From Thermoproteota archaeon (GTDB lineage: Archaea > Korarchaeota > Korarchaeia > Korarchaeales > Korarchaeaceae), in NCBI GenBank assembly GCA_027491435.1, contig JAOZFG010000017.1, positions 12,487 through 76,486 of the forward strand: a stretch of DNA of 64,000 nt, written 5' to 3'. This document shows positions 9,273 to 17,239 of this stretch, piece after piece. Position numbers and translations under genes: made by a program. Positions within the stretch are counted from its first letter, which is position 1. Every line of letters starts with the position of its first letter. The notes beneath the pieces were generated by a model. That model did not search any database. It was not told the origin of the DNA and was given only the letters and a program-made list of their open reading frames with translations.

Positions 9273-10598
9273 TCACCCTTCCTCTCTTTCGATTCCCAGT
9301 CTCCCCCTCCACAATCTAATGATAATCGTTGTCGTTGAAACAATTATAATCAGTAGTAACGGTATCATGGCTATGGTAATTGATTGAGCTTCCCTTCTAG
9401 CCTCCTCAACCTTAGAAGAGATTTCCTTATACAAGGAATCTAGCTCAGATCTGGCCCTCCTGTAGGCTTTGGAGGGATCCCCCCTCTTGAGGGAAGTTCT
9501 GTAGTCATACCATATGGAATTAAGCTTCGAGATGTATGAATTAACGGTAGAGTTGCCTAGCAGGTTAGAGCTCTTATTCAACAAATCCTTTATGTCTTTC
9601 ACGTATTCCCTTATGGCCCTAGCATATCCCTCGACTATTAACCTTACAGCTGTAATGGATAAGTTTTCAGCGTATTCTGCCTTGCTTCTCGCCTTCATCA
9701 CGTCAGCTAGGGTGATCGGGTCCTTTGAAATCAACTTCTCCGCCTCCTTTATGTTGGAATCCGCTAAGGCCAGCAGGGAAGTTATGTTCTCTACGTTTAG
9801 AGGAATTGTGTCATTAGACGCTGCTTTATAAAGGTTGTAGGCTCTCTCAAAGGCCTGTTTAGCTCTATCTATGGACTCCAGTGTCAATCCCTTATCTACT
9901 AAGGTCAGGGACTTCCTAACTACCTTAACCTCAACGCCTTTGCTGAAACACCCTATCAAGTAACAAAGCTTCAACGTCACGTTATGATCCCCAATCCCGG
10001 GGGAGGGTAAGCTGAAGGTGAGATTCCCACTGGATCTAGATAGGAGGAATTCCTCTATCGGCTCACCGTCCAAGGAAATTAGTAAGCTTAGAGGGGTTCC
10101 CTCTGGAACTCCCCTCACGACATAGCTGGCGATCATCTTTATAGGCTCGCCTTCCTCAAATTTTTCTTTTATAGGAGATAGGTATATACTAACATTTATT
10201 TCTGGTTTCTTGACGAGTATTAGGGTTGTATTTCCCTGGTAGTACTTAAACCCTATCTCGCCCTCTTTGAGGTAAGCCAACACAGGGGTGATCATGCTGT
10301 GGCCTGACAGCGCCCCCCTTCCTACCTTTATCTCTAGGGGTATTTCCACCATTTCTCCTCTCCTCAGCTGTATCCAGTTGAGTTTCTTTGGGAACACCCC
10401 CCATGGAGTTATAAGCCTGGCATATGCTAGCTTTAGGTTGCCGTCCAAGTTCGTGACTTCGAGAAACAGCGTACAGTTAAACCCGGAGAGACAAACCTCT
10501 TTTTGAACTAGCTTGACCTTTACGTCATTTCCCTGGCCAGCCGTTTGGATTAACGGGGTTAATAGCAACATCAGGAGTATCAGAGGCTTTGTTTTCAT
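9273..10598 (-). CDS. Hypothetical type I membrane / surface protein (signal peptide, many N-x-S/T sequons, C-terminal TM anchor)
   Basis: N-terminus MKTKPLILLMLLLTPLIQTAG. C-terminus ITIAMIPLLLIIIVSTTTIIIRLWRGR. At least 8 N-x-S/T sequons. Ends 6 nt before the glmS start on the same strand. Confidence 0.55.
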   Translation of the reverse strand: MKTKPLILLMLLLTPLIQTAGQGNDVKVKLVQKEVCLSGFNCTLFLEVTNLDGNLKLAYARLITPWGVFPKKLNWIQLRRGEMVEIPLEIKVGRGALSGHSMITPVLAYLKEGEIGFKYYQGNTTLILVKKPEINVSIYLSPIKEKFEEGEPIKMIASYVVRGVPEGTPLSLLISLDGEPIEEFLLSRSSGNLTFSLPSPGIGDHNVTLKLCYLIGCFSKGVEVKVVRKSLTLVDKGLTLESIDRAKQAFERAYNLYKAASNDTIPLNVENITSLLALADSNIKEAEKLISKDPITLADVMKARSKAEYAENLSITAVRLIVEGYARAIREYVKDIKDLLNKSSNLLGNSTVNSYISKLNSIWYDYRTSLKRGDPSKAYRRARSELDSLYKEISSKVEEARREAQSITIAMIPLLLIIIVSTTTIIIRLWRGRLGIEREEG

Positions 10599-10655
10599 GT
10601 CAACAAAAACTCCCCGTCAAGTTTTATTAATCTGTCTAGGAGGTAGTGCCGGAGC

Positions 10656-12617
10656 ATGGACGAGGTAGTCCTGGGAGTTGACATAAGGGCCGGATCCCCT
10701 AGGTCTAGACAGCCCCCTGTTTACTCAGTCGTGATAATGAGCAGAGATGGGGTCTTATTAGAGAGGGAAGAAGCTGGCCTACAGGAGTTGATTTCCTTAG
10801 CTAGGAAGTATAAGGCCAGCGTAATTGCTGTGGATAACATCTACGAGCTGGCGAGGGACTACGACGACTTGGAGAGAATAGTATCTCAGTTTCCCCCAAA
10901 AGTTAGGATAGTTCAGGTAACCGGCAGCCCGGGGTCCATGAGGTCCCTAAAATCGTTGGCCAAAGAGGCGGGCATACAGGTCAGGAAGTGGAACTCATTG
11001 AGCTCTGCCAGAGTCGCTGCTGAACTGGCCCTCAGGGGATATGGGTCTGAGATCGTTGCAATGTTCCCGGAAACTAGGGTTCTGATAACGAAAAATAGGA
11101 GCATCAAGCAGGGAGGATCCGGCAGCGATAGGTGGAGGAGGTCCATTGAAGCCAGTATTTTGAGTGAGACCAACAGAATAGCCACGGCGCTGGACAGGGC
11201 TAACATGGACTATGACCTCTACATAGAGAGGGCCTCAGGCGGGCTCAGGAGAGCCGAATTCATAGTTTACTCAGATGAGAGTGAAATCAAGAAAATTATA
11301 AAAGAGACAACCGAGTGGAGCCCTATAAGAATAATTATAAAGGGATCTTGGAGAAAGAAAGTTAAGTTCGTATCCAGCGAATCTGTTCCGGTCCCAAAAG
11401 CGAGGCCTCTGATAGTTGGGATAGACCCGGGCATGTCCGTTGGGTTGGCTGTATTAGACTTGAAGGGTAAGCTCCTCACCCTAAAGACCCTGAGGAAAGC
11501 CTCAAGATCTCAAATCGTTGAGGAGATCCTCGAATATGGTTATCCTATCATAGTGGCCACGGACGTAAACCCACCCCCTAAGAGCGTGATTAAAATAGCC
11601 AGCCTCTTTGACGCCAGAGTTTACGTAGCTAAGTACTCCATGAAGGCCGAAGAGAAGAAGAAGATCGTTGACAAATTTGAGGAAGAGACGGGCATAAGGG
11701 TCAAGAGCGCCCACGAAAGGGACTCGCTGGCAGCTGCCCTCAAAGTTTATTACAGCAGGGTGAAGAACCTGATATCTAAGGCCGATTCCAAGTTGAACGA
11801 GTTGAAGGTTCAAGTCGACAATTACGAGCTCTACGAGAGGATATTGAAGGGGGTCTCCATATCCCAGGCCATCGAGGAACTCTTATCCCAGAAATCGCAG
11901 GAGGAGAGACAGGAAGGTGTTGACAGGATCAGATCGTCTGGTGAGGGCTTCAAACCGCTTTTACTCAAGATATCCAAGCTCAAGATGGAGATTGCCAGGT
12001 TGAAAGCTCAATTAAAGGACAAAGAGTATGAGATAAGGAGGTTAAAGGAGAGAATTGATCTTCTAGAGGATAAGAGGCTTAGGGAGATAGAGAAGGACAG
12101 GAGGATCTCGCAGAAAAGCGAGAGGATAAAAGAGCTGGAAGAGGAGCTTATGAGGGTCAGGTGGAACCTCGAACTCGTTAAGAGTCAACTCGCTCAACTT
12201 TCTAAGCCTAGAGAGGAGGAGGTAGAGGGCATTGAAGTTGAACTCGTCCCCTCTTTGACTAAAGAAAATCTGGAGAAATTAGGCAACCTTGGCAGTCCCA
12301 TACTGGTGTTGGATGCCTCTGGGACTAGCCCTAACCTAGTGAGGAGGCTTAAGGAGTTAGGAATACCCGCCGTGTTTTACAGGGGAAACCCGCCCCCTTC
12401 CGAGGTAATCAGGGCCTCTTTCGAGCTAGGCATACCCGTAATTTCTGCGAACGATTTGAGGATACGCTGGAGGGGGATAAGGCCAGTTATACCCACTGAA
12501 GATGCTTTGAAGGCGATAGCTGAAGCGAAGGTTAAGGAAGTTAGGGTGGAGCTCAACTTAGCCGACCTCATAATGGATTACAGGAGGAGGTTGGCGAAGC
12601 ACTTGATAGAGGGATAA
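10656..12617 (+). CDS. Conserved archaeal protein of unknown function, DUF460/COG2433-like (RNase H-fold modules plus a long coiled coil)
   Basis: RuvC/YqgF-like segment PLIVGIDPGMSVGLAVLDLKGKLL...IVATDVNPPP. Heptad-rich E/K/R/L region at about aa 440-520. The family call is from memory. Confidence 0.6.
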   Translation: MDEVVLGVDIRAGSPRSRQPPVYSVVIMSRDGVLLEREEAGLQELISLARKYKASVIAVDNIYELARDYDDLERIVSQFPPKVRIVQVTGSPGSMRSLKSLAKEAGIQVRKWNSLSSARVAAELALRGYGSEIVAMFPETRVLITKNRSIKQGGSGSDRWRRSIEASILSETNRIATALDRANMDYDLYIERASGGLRRAEFIVYSDESEIKKIIKETTEWSPIRIIIKGSWRKKVKFVSSESVPVPKARPLIVGIDPGMSVGLAVLDLKGKLLTLKTLRKASRSQIVEEILEYGYPIIVATDVNPPPKSVIKIASLFDARVYVAKYSMKAEEKKKIVDKFEEETGIRVKSAHERDSLAAALKVYYSRVKNLISKADSKLNELKVQVDNYELYERILKGVSISQAIEELLSQKSQEERQEGVDRIRSSGEGFKPLLLKISKLKMEIARLKAQLKDKEYEIRRLKERIDLLEDKRLREIEKDRRISQKSERIKELEEELMRVRWNLELVKSQLAQLSKPREEEVEGIEVELVPSLTKENLEKLGNLGSPILVLDASGTSPNLVRRLKELGIPAVFYRGNPPPSEVIRASFELGIPVISANDLRIRWRGIRPVIPTEDALKAIAEAKVKEVRVELNLADLIMDYRRRLAKHLIEG

Positions 12618-12662
12618 GAATAAAAAGGCGCCTCACCCCACTAACGGGGGAGGTGGCATAAA

Positions 12663-12830
12663 ATGCCGAGGGGTACTCACGGTGCGTTAAATAAGGCCGG
12701 CAAGGTCAGGAGCCTCACCCCAAAGGTAGAGGCCAGGCCCAGGAGGAGTGACGTGCCTAGGGTCAGAATAAAGAAGCTCTACAGGAAGAGGTACATACTG
12801 GGTAGGAAGCCGGGACAGCACCCGATATAA
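12663..12830 (+). CDS. rps30e: 30S ribosomal protein S30e (eS30); 55 aa, not in the supplied ORF track
   Basis: Hand translation: MPRGTHGALNKAGKVRSLTPKVEARPRRSDVPRVRIKKLYRKRYILGRKPGQHPI. The G.L.KAGKVR..TPKV core is the eS30 signature. GGAGGTG lies 8 nt upstream. Confidence 0.8.
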   Translation: MPRGTHGALNKAGKVRSLTPKVEARPRRSDVPRVRIKKLYRKRYILGRKPGQHPI

Positions 12831-12843
12831 GAGAGGGATTTTT

Positions 12844-13989
12844 TTGACGAAGTACCTGGCCCTTCACCCAGCTGGGTTATTTTTATTCGACGAGAGCGGC
12901 AAGCTAGTTAAGGCTGAAGCCTTTCCTGAGGATCCGGAGATAGTCGTTAAAGTGGTGGAGGAAGGCTTGGAAGAGCTGGCTACAAAGCTGATGAAAGGCC
13001 TTGACGGGGAAGAGGTGGTAGTAAATTCCCAACCTCTTAAGGAAGCCCTGGATGGCAGGGGCTTCAGGCCTCTATTAGATCCATCGCACCCGATCTTCGT
13101 TAACCTCAGGAGATCCCCTCACAAAGCTTACGAGCTTGTAGGGAAGAGCAAGTCCCTCAAAGAGTACAGGGAGTTCGTTAGGAACGTGGGAACTGAGCTT
13201 ACAAGGGTGAGGATAAAGGAGGCTCTATCATCGCCGGACCAGCAGGTGATAAAGATAGTTGACTACATAGACCACGTAAATAAGTCCTTGAACATACTGG
13301 CGCCAGCGATAAGGGAGTGGTACTCAGTTTACTTTCCTGAGTTAAACGACCTGGTTGAGGATCACCTGCTCTTCATGAAGATTGTGGCCTCAGAGCCCAA
13401 CAAGGAGAACTTGAATGAGGAGCTGCTTGAGGAGCTAGGGGTTCCTGAAGGTTTGAGGGAGAAGATACTCCAGTTCTCCAGAGACTCAGTGGGATACGAT
13501 GCCTCTGAGCAGGAGTACAGCGCTGTGAGGAAAGTCGCTCAGGAATGGCTTGACCTCTATGAAACTAGGGTTGAGGCGGAGAAGTTCTTGGAGAAGTTAA
13601 TGAGATCTTTTGCACCCAATCTCAGCGCCGTCGTGCATCCTATCGTGGCAGCTAGGCTCATAGCCATCGCAGGTGGTCTGTATAGGCTTGCTAGCCTTCC
13701 AGCAAGCTCTATCCAGATATTAGGGGCTCACAAAGCCATATTCATGCATCTAACTAAGGGGACGAAGCCCCCCAAGCATGGAATACTGTTTCAAGCTAAG
13801 GAGGTTAGGACAGCCCCAAAGAAGCTTAGGGGTAAAATAGCCAGGCTACTCGCCACTAAAATAGCTATAGCTGCCAGAGTAGACGTGTTCGGTGGAGGCA
13901 AGTATATAGGAGACGAGCTTAGGAAGGAGATAGAGGAGAGGATTAAGGAGATATATAAGGGGAAGAAGGATGAGAGTAAAGCCCCATGA
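12844..13989 (+). CDS. nop5: C/D box snoRNP protein Nop5 (Nop56/58)
   Basis: NOP domain pattern IAGGL..LA.LPASSIQILGA.KA.F.H......PPKHG. Followed by fibrillarin. TTG start. Confidence 0.9.
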   Translation: MTKYLALHPAGLFLFDESGKLVKAEAFPEDPEIVVKVVEEGLEELATKLMKGLDGEEVVVNSQPLKEALDGRGFRPLLDPSHPIFVNLRRSPHKAYELVGKSKSLKEYREFVRNVGTELTRVRIKEALSSPDQQVIKIVDYIDHVNKSLNILAPAIREWYSVYFPELNDLVEDHLLFMKIVASEPNKENLNEELLEELGVPEGLREKILQFSRDSVGYDASEQEYSAVRKVAQEWLDLYETRVEAEKFLEKLMRSFAPNLSAVVHPIVAARLIAIAGGLYRLASLPASSIQILGAHKAIFMHLTKGTKPPKHGILFQAKEVRTAPKKLRGKIARLLATKIAIAARVDVFGGGKYIGDELRKEIEERIKEIYKGKKDESKAP

Positions 13990-14656
13990 AAGGATACCCG
14001 GAGTGTTCTGGATCCTAGACGGTAAGAAATTGCTGGCAACTAAGAACCTAGTTCCAGGGCATAGGAGCTACGATGAGGTGGTCAAAAAGTATAAAGGAGA
14101 GGAGTACAGAGTCTGGAGCCCCAAAAGGTCCAAGCTTGCCGCTGCGATAATGAATGGAGTGAGGACCTTTCCATTCAAGAGGGGTAAGAAGGTCCTTTAC
14201 CTTGGAATAGCCTCGGGAACCACCGCCTCCCATATCAGCGACATATTGGGAAGGGATGGGATCATATACGGGGTGGAGGTGGCCCACAGGGTAATCAGGG
14301 AGCTGTTACCCGTGGCTGAGGCTAGGAAGAACATAATCCCCGTAATGGAAAGCGCTAGGAGGCCAGAGAACTACTCATGGCTTGTGGAGGAGGTGGACGT
14401 AGTTTATGAAGATGTAGCACAACCGGATCAAGCTAGGATACTGATTAATAACATGGATCTGTTCCTCAGGAAGGGAGGACATGGGGTGATAGCTGTTAAG
14501 GCCAGCAGCATAGACGTAACGTTGCCGCCTAAGAAGGTCTACGCTATGGTTGAGAGGGAGGTCGTGTCCACGGGTAGGTACAGGCTAGTTGAGAGGGTCA
14601 ATTTAGCCCCCTACGATCCCAAGCACGCAATGATCGTGTTTAAGAAAGTCTCTTGA
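13970..14656 (+). CDS. flpA: Fibrillarin-like rRNA/tRNA 2'-O-methyltransferase
   Basis: Motifs GVFWI..KLLATKNLVPG, YR.W.P.RSKLAAAI, VLYLG.ASGTT.SH.SD. Canonical Nop5-fibrillarin pair. Confidence 0.95.
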   Translation: MRVKPHERIPGVFWILDGKKLLATKNLVPGHRSYDEVVKKYKGEEYRVWSPKRSKLAAAIMNGVRTFPFKRGKKVLYLGIASGTTASHISDILGRDGIIYGVEVAHRVIRELLPVAEARKNIIPVMESARRPENYSWLVEEVDVVYEDVAQPDQARILINNMDLFLRKGGHGVIAVKASSIDVTLPPKKVYAMVEREVVSTGRYRLVERVNLAPYDPKHAMIVFKKVS

Positions 14657-15749
14657 TCAACGTGAGCAGCTCCTCCGTTGGAGCATCTGTTTTAATGGCC
14701 ACGGGATCTCCATGGAACCTAGAAGCTTTATAACCCAGATCTTTAAGCCGTTCAATCACCTCCTTAACGCTGGGCATTTTAACTTTGTACTTGGAGGCGA
14801 TCTCATCCAGGGGGTAATAGTAGGGGGGCATCCCTACCTCATCCCTTAACTTTGAAATCAGCTCCTTTACCTCTCCTGAAGAATAGGTCAGCAGCTTATC
14901 TAAGACCTCCGGGTTCGAGAGGTCCCCTAACCATATTGGACCTAAACACTTTTCACAGGGGTTGTCGAGGACTTCCACCCTGAATCCGTCTGCCCTGATC
15001 CAGCCTAGCTCATTTATCATCTTAGATGCCGTGCTAGGACCTCTGTTGACTAGGAATAACACCCTGATGTAGTGGGCTGTTGTGTAGGACAGTAGGGGCT
15101 CCACGTAGAGGTCTAGCCTACCCGCCTGCCTTAACACGAAGGATATCAGGGCCCTTATACCGAACTCACGGAAGAATGGTACCTTAAACCCCCTTATCCC
15201 ATAGTACCTGAGTAGCTTATCTGGGTACTTGCCGAACAGCGGTGGCGTGTCCGTGGCTGTAACCGCCAGCACGCCCCTCCTCCTAACGGCCCTCAGAAAA
15301 GGGTCCACGTAAGGGGCAGGTGACCCGAAGGGATCTAAATCTAAGTAATCCACCCTTCCCTCCAGAGAGAGCTCCTCCGCCCGGAGCCTGGCGTCCTTAC
15401 AGGTTACGGAGATCCTGTCTTGAAGGCCGTTCAGCCTGACGTTCATCCTGATCACGTGACAGGACAGGTAATTCCTGTCGTTTGCAACAACCTCCCCTCC
15501 CCCCTCTACAGCCAATCTTAGGGCCCTGACTCCCGAGGCAGCCATTAAATCCGCTCCAGTCCTCAGGGAAAGGGCCTTGAAGGTCAGCACCGCCGTGTCC
15601 CTGTTAAGCTTCATTCTAGGGTTGTAGAAGACTGGTGCCTTCGTGTAAGCTATTCCCCTGGAGGTTAACTCCTCCAAGTCTGAGGCGTAGAACTTCACCT
15701 CCCCCTCTGTGTAAAGTTTAAGAGAGATGTTGATCCTCCGTCCCTGCAT
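14640..15749 (-). CDS. trm1: tRNA (guanine26-N2)-dimethyltransferase Trm1
   Basis: APVFYNPRMKLNRDTAVL and DLDPFGSPAPY motifs. Start placed at internal ATG 15749 (MQGRR...), because the track's extra 67 aa are antisense to the neighbouring gene and low complexity. Confidence 0.85.
   Translation of the reverse strand: MQGRRINISLKLYTEGEVKFYASDLEELTSRGIAYTKAPVFYNPRMKLNRDTAVLTFKALSLRTGADLMAASGVRALRLAVEGGGEVVANDRNYLSCHVIRMNVRLNGLQDRISVTCKDARLRAEELSLEGRVDYLDLDPFGSPAPYVDPFLRAVRRRGVLAVTATDTPPLFGKYPDKLLRYYGIRGFKVPFFREFGIRALISFVLRQAGRLDLYVEPLLSYTTAHYIRVLFLVNRGPSTASKMINELGWIRADGFRVEVLDNPCEKCLGPIWLGDLSNPEVLDKLLTYSSGEVKELISKLRDEVGMPPYYYPLDEIASKYKVKMPSVKEVIERLKDLGYKASRFHGDPVAIKTDAPTEELLTLIKRLS
15710..15724 (+). 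promoter_or_regulatory. TATA-like box for the THEP1 NTPase gene, located inside the trm1 coding sequence
   Basis: GTAAAGTTTAAGAGA, centred about 30 nt upstream of ATG 15748. Confidence 0.35.
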
Positions 15750-16287
15750 GACCCGCACCTCCAAGTTCCTGATCAGGGGGAGACCTGGTTCTGGTAAGTC
15801 AACAGCTCTTAACCTTATAGAGGAGAGGTTAAGAGATCTCGGAGTCAGGGTCGCCGGCATAAAGACGCCAGAAGTCAGGCTAGAGGGTAGGAGAATAGGC
15901 TTTAAGGTGGTTGACATAAGTACGGGCGATAGCGCCATGTTTGCCTCCATATCTTTGAGATCTCAACACAGAGTTGGGAGGTATGGGGTAGATCTGAGTC
16001 TCTTCGAATCCGTTGCCATCCCGGCGCTCACCACTGGATTGAAGGAGGCTGATGTTATCCTCATAGACGAGATAGGTAAGATGGAGCTACTTTCCAAAGA
16101 CTTCACTGAGATAGTGGGGAAAATCTGGGAATCCAGTAAAGCGGCTGTTGGAACAGTACCAGTAAGTAGATTACCTTTAGTAGAAAGGCTCGTAAAGTCA
16201 TCCAAGGTGTTCTGGGTAGAAAGGGGTAAAGCTGAAAGGATTGCTGATGCTATAGTTAATATGATAGTTAGTCATCTTGGTATTTAA
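15748..16287 (+). CDS. THEP1-family nucleoside triphosphatase
   Basis: Walker A GRPGSGKST, Walker B ILIDEIGKMEL, about 180 aa. TATA-like box about 26 nt upstream of ATG 15748. Confidence 0.75.
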   Translation: MTRTSKFLIRGRPGSGKSTALNLIEERLRDLGVRVAGIKTPEVRLEGRRIGFKVVDISTGDSAMFASISLRSQHRVGRYGVDLSLFESVAIPALTTGLKEADVILIDEIGKMELLSKDFTEIVGKIWESSKAAVGTVPVSRLPLVERLVKSSKVFWVERGKAERIADAIVNMIVSHLGI

Positions 16288-16546
16288 TTAGTTTAAGTTC
16301 CTCCTTTCTGTCTATTAAATAGACTTTCCTCCCTATCAAGTCGGAGGCCTTGTCTAGGGGAATCGCCACCTTTACCAGGGCGTAAGGCTCCCTGACGGGT
16401 CCTATTATATCAGACACCACCCCTATAAAAGTAAGGTCATCCAGAACTACCTTCATGTCTTTGAGGTCTTTGTCGACTCTAACGTCTAGTTTAACCAAGA
16501 AGTTCCTAGATTTGGTGACCTTCGTTATGACCCCTAGGTGCCTCAT
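16268..16546 (-). CDS. gar1: H/ACA RNP protein Gar1
   Basis: Small beta-barrel protein with FIGVVSDIIGPVREPYALVK, the Gar1 signature G.V.D..GPV..PY. Confidence 0.8.
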   Translation of the reverse strand: MRHLGVITKVTKSRNFLVKLDVRVDKDLKDMKVVLDDLTFIGVVSDIIGPVREPYALVKVAIPLDKASDLIGRKVYLIDRKEELKLIKYQDD

Positions 16547-16830
16547 TTACTGGCCCTCAACCTCCTGAGGTTTTGCCCGACCTTCTTCAACAGGTCCTCC
16601 TTGCTCCCCTCATATCTGATTAGTATTCTACCTTCTCTCCTGTACCACCTTGAAGGCCTGGCTTTCTCCCTCTCAACTACGACCTCTCCTAAGGGGGAGG
16701 CGGCCTTAATTAGCTCATCTAAGTTTGGGTTTTTCACAGCCAACTCCTTAGGAACTCTTCTACCTTCGCCTCTGGTCAATCTACTGTCAAAATATGAGGG
16801 GTATAATACCTTTATCCTCCTATCTCGCAA
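16543..16830 (-). CDS. srp19: Signal recognition particle protein SRP19
   Basis: Segment VLYPSYFDSRLTRGEGRRVPKELAV.NP is the typical SRP19 N-terminus. Confidence 0.85.
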   Translation of the reverse strand: MRDRRIKVLYPSYFDSRLTRGEGRRVPKELAVKNPNLDELIKAASPLGEVVVEREKARPSRWYRREGRILIRYEGSKEDLLKKVGQNLRRLRASK

Positions 16831-17224
16831 CCTCTTCCCTCATCAACACGCCGTTTAACAGGCCGTGCTGTCCTGGCCTTGAAGTTATCCTGACTAGACC
16901 CAACTCAGTCCTAACTATGGCTCCTCTAGTGATTATGCCCCTTCTAGTGAGAACTACGCTGGCTGGATTCTCAACTACCTCCAGTATCCTGACCTTCTTG
17001 GTCTTACCGTCGCCCAAGGCTACGTTGACCTCTTGATCCGCCAATAACCTTGACTTGTAATTGCCTCCCATCACTCTAACTTTCTTTAGCTTCCTCTGAC
17101 CTAATACGGTGAACGCCGGAAACCTACCGGCCTCTCTCTTCCTCTTACCCCTGCTCTTCCTTATCTTACCTCCGGTGGGCTTTCTACCACCTGGCATCAC
17201 TGGACCATGGTAGTAGTAGGGCAT
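16820..17224 (-). CDS. rps8e: 30S ribosomal protein S8e (eS8)
   Basis: Motifs GRKPTGGK..K.R.KRK.E.GR and VRV.GGN.K.R.L. C-terminal RITSRPGQ.G..NGVL. Confidence 0.9.
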   Translation of the reverse strand: MPYYYHGPVMPGGRKPTGGKIRKSRGKRKREAGRFPAFTVLGQRKLKKVRVMGGNYKSRLLADQEVNVALGDGKTKKVRILEVVENPASVVLTRRGIITRGAIVRTELGLVRITSRPGQHGLLNGVLMREEVAR

Positions 17225-17239
17225 TTCATCACCGCGAGA

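Noticed and set aside
15750-15950. The 67-aa N-terminal extension of Trm1 in the track ORF (start 15950).
   Set aside because: The extension is low complexity, antisense to the conserved P-loop region of the THEP1 gene, and has no counterpart in Trm1 N-termini as I recall them. The internal ATG 15749 gives a family-typical start.
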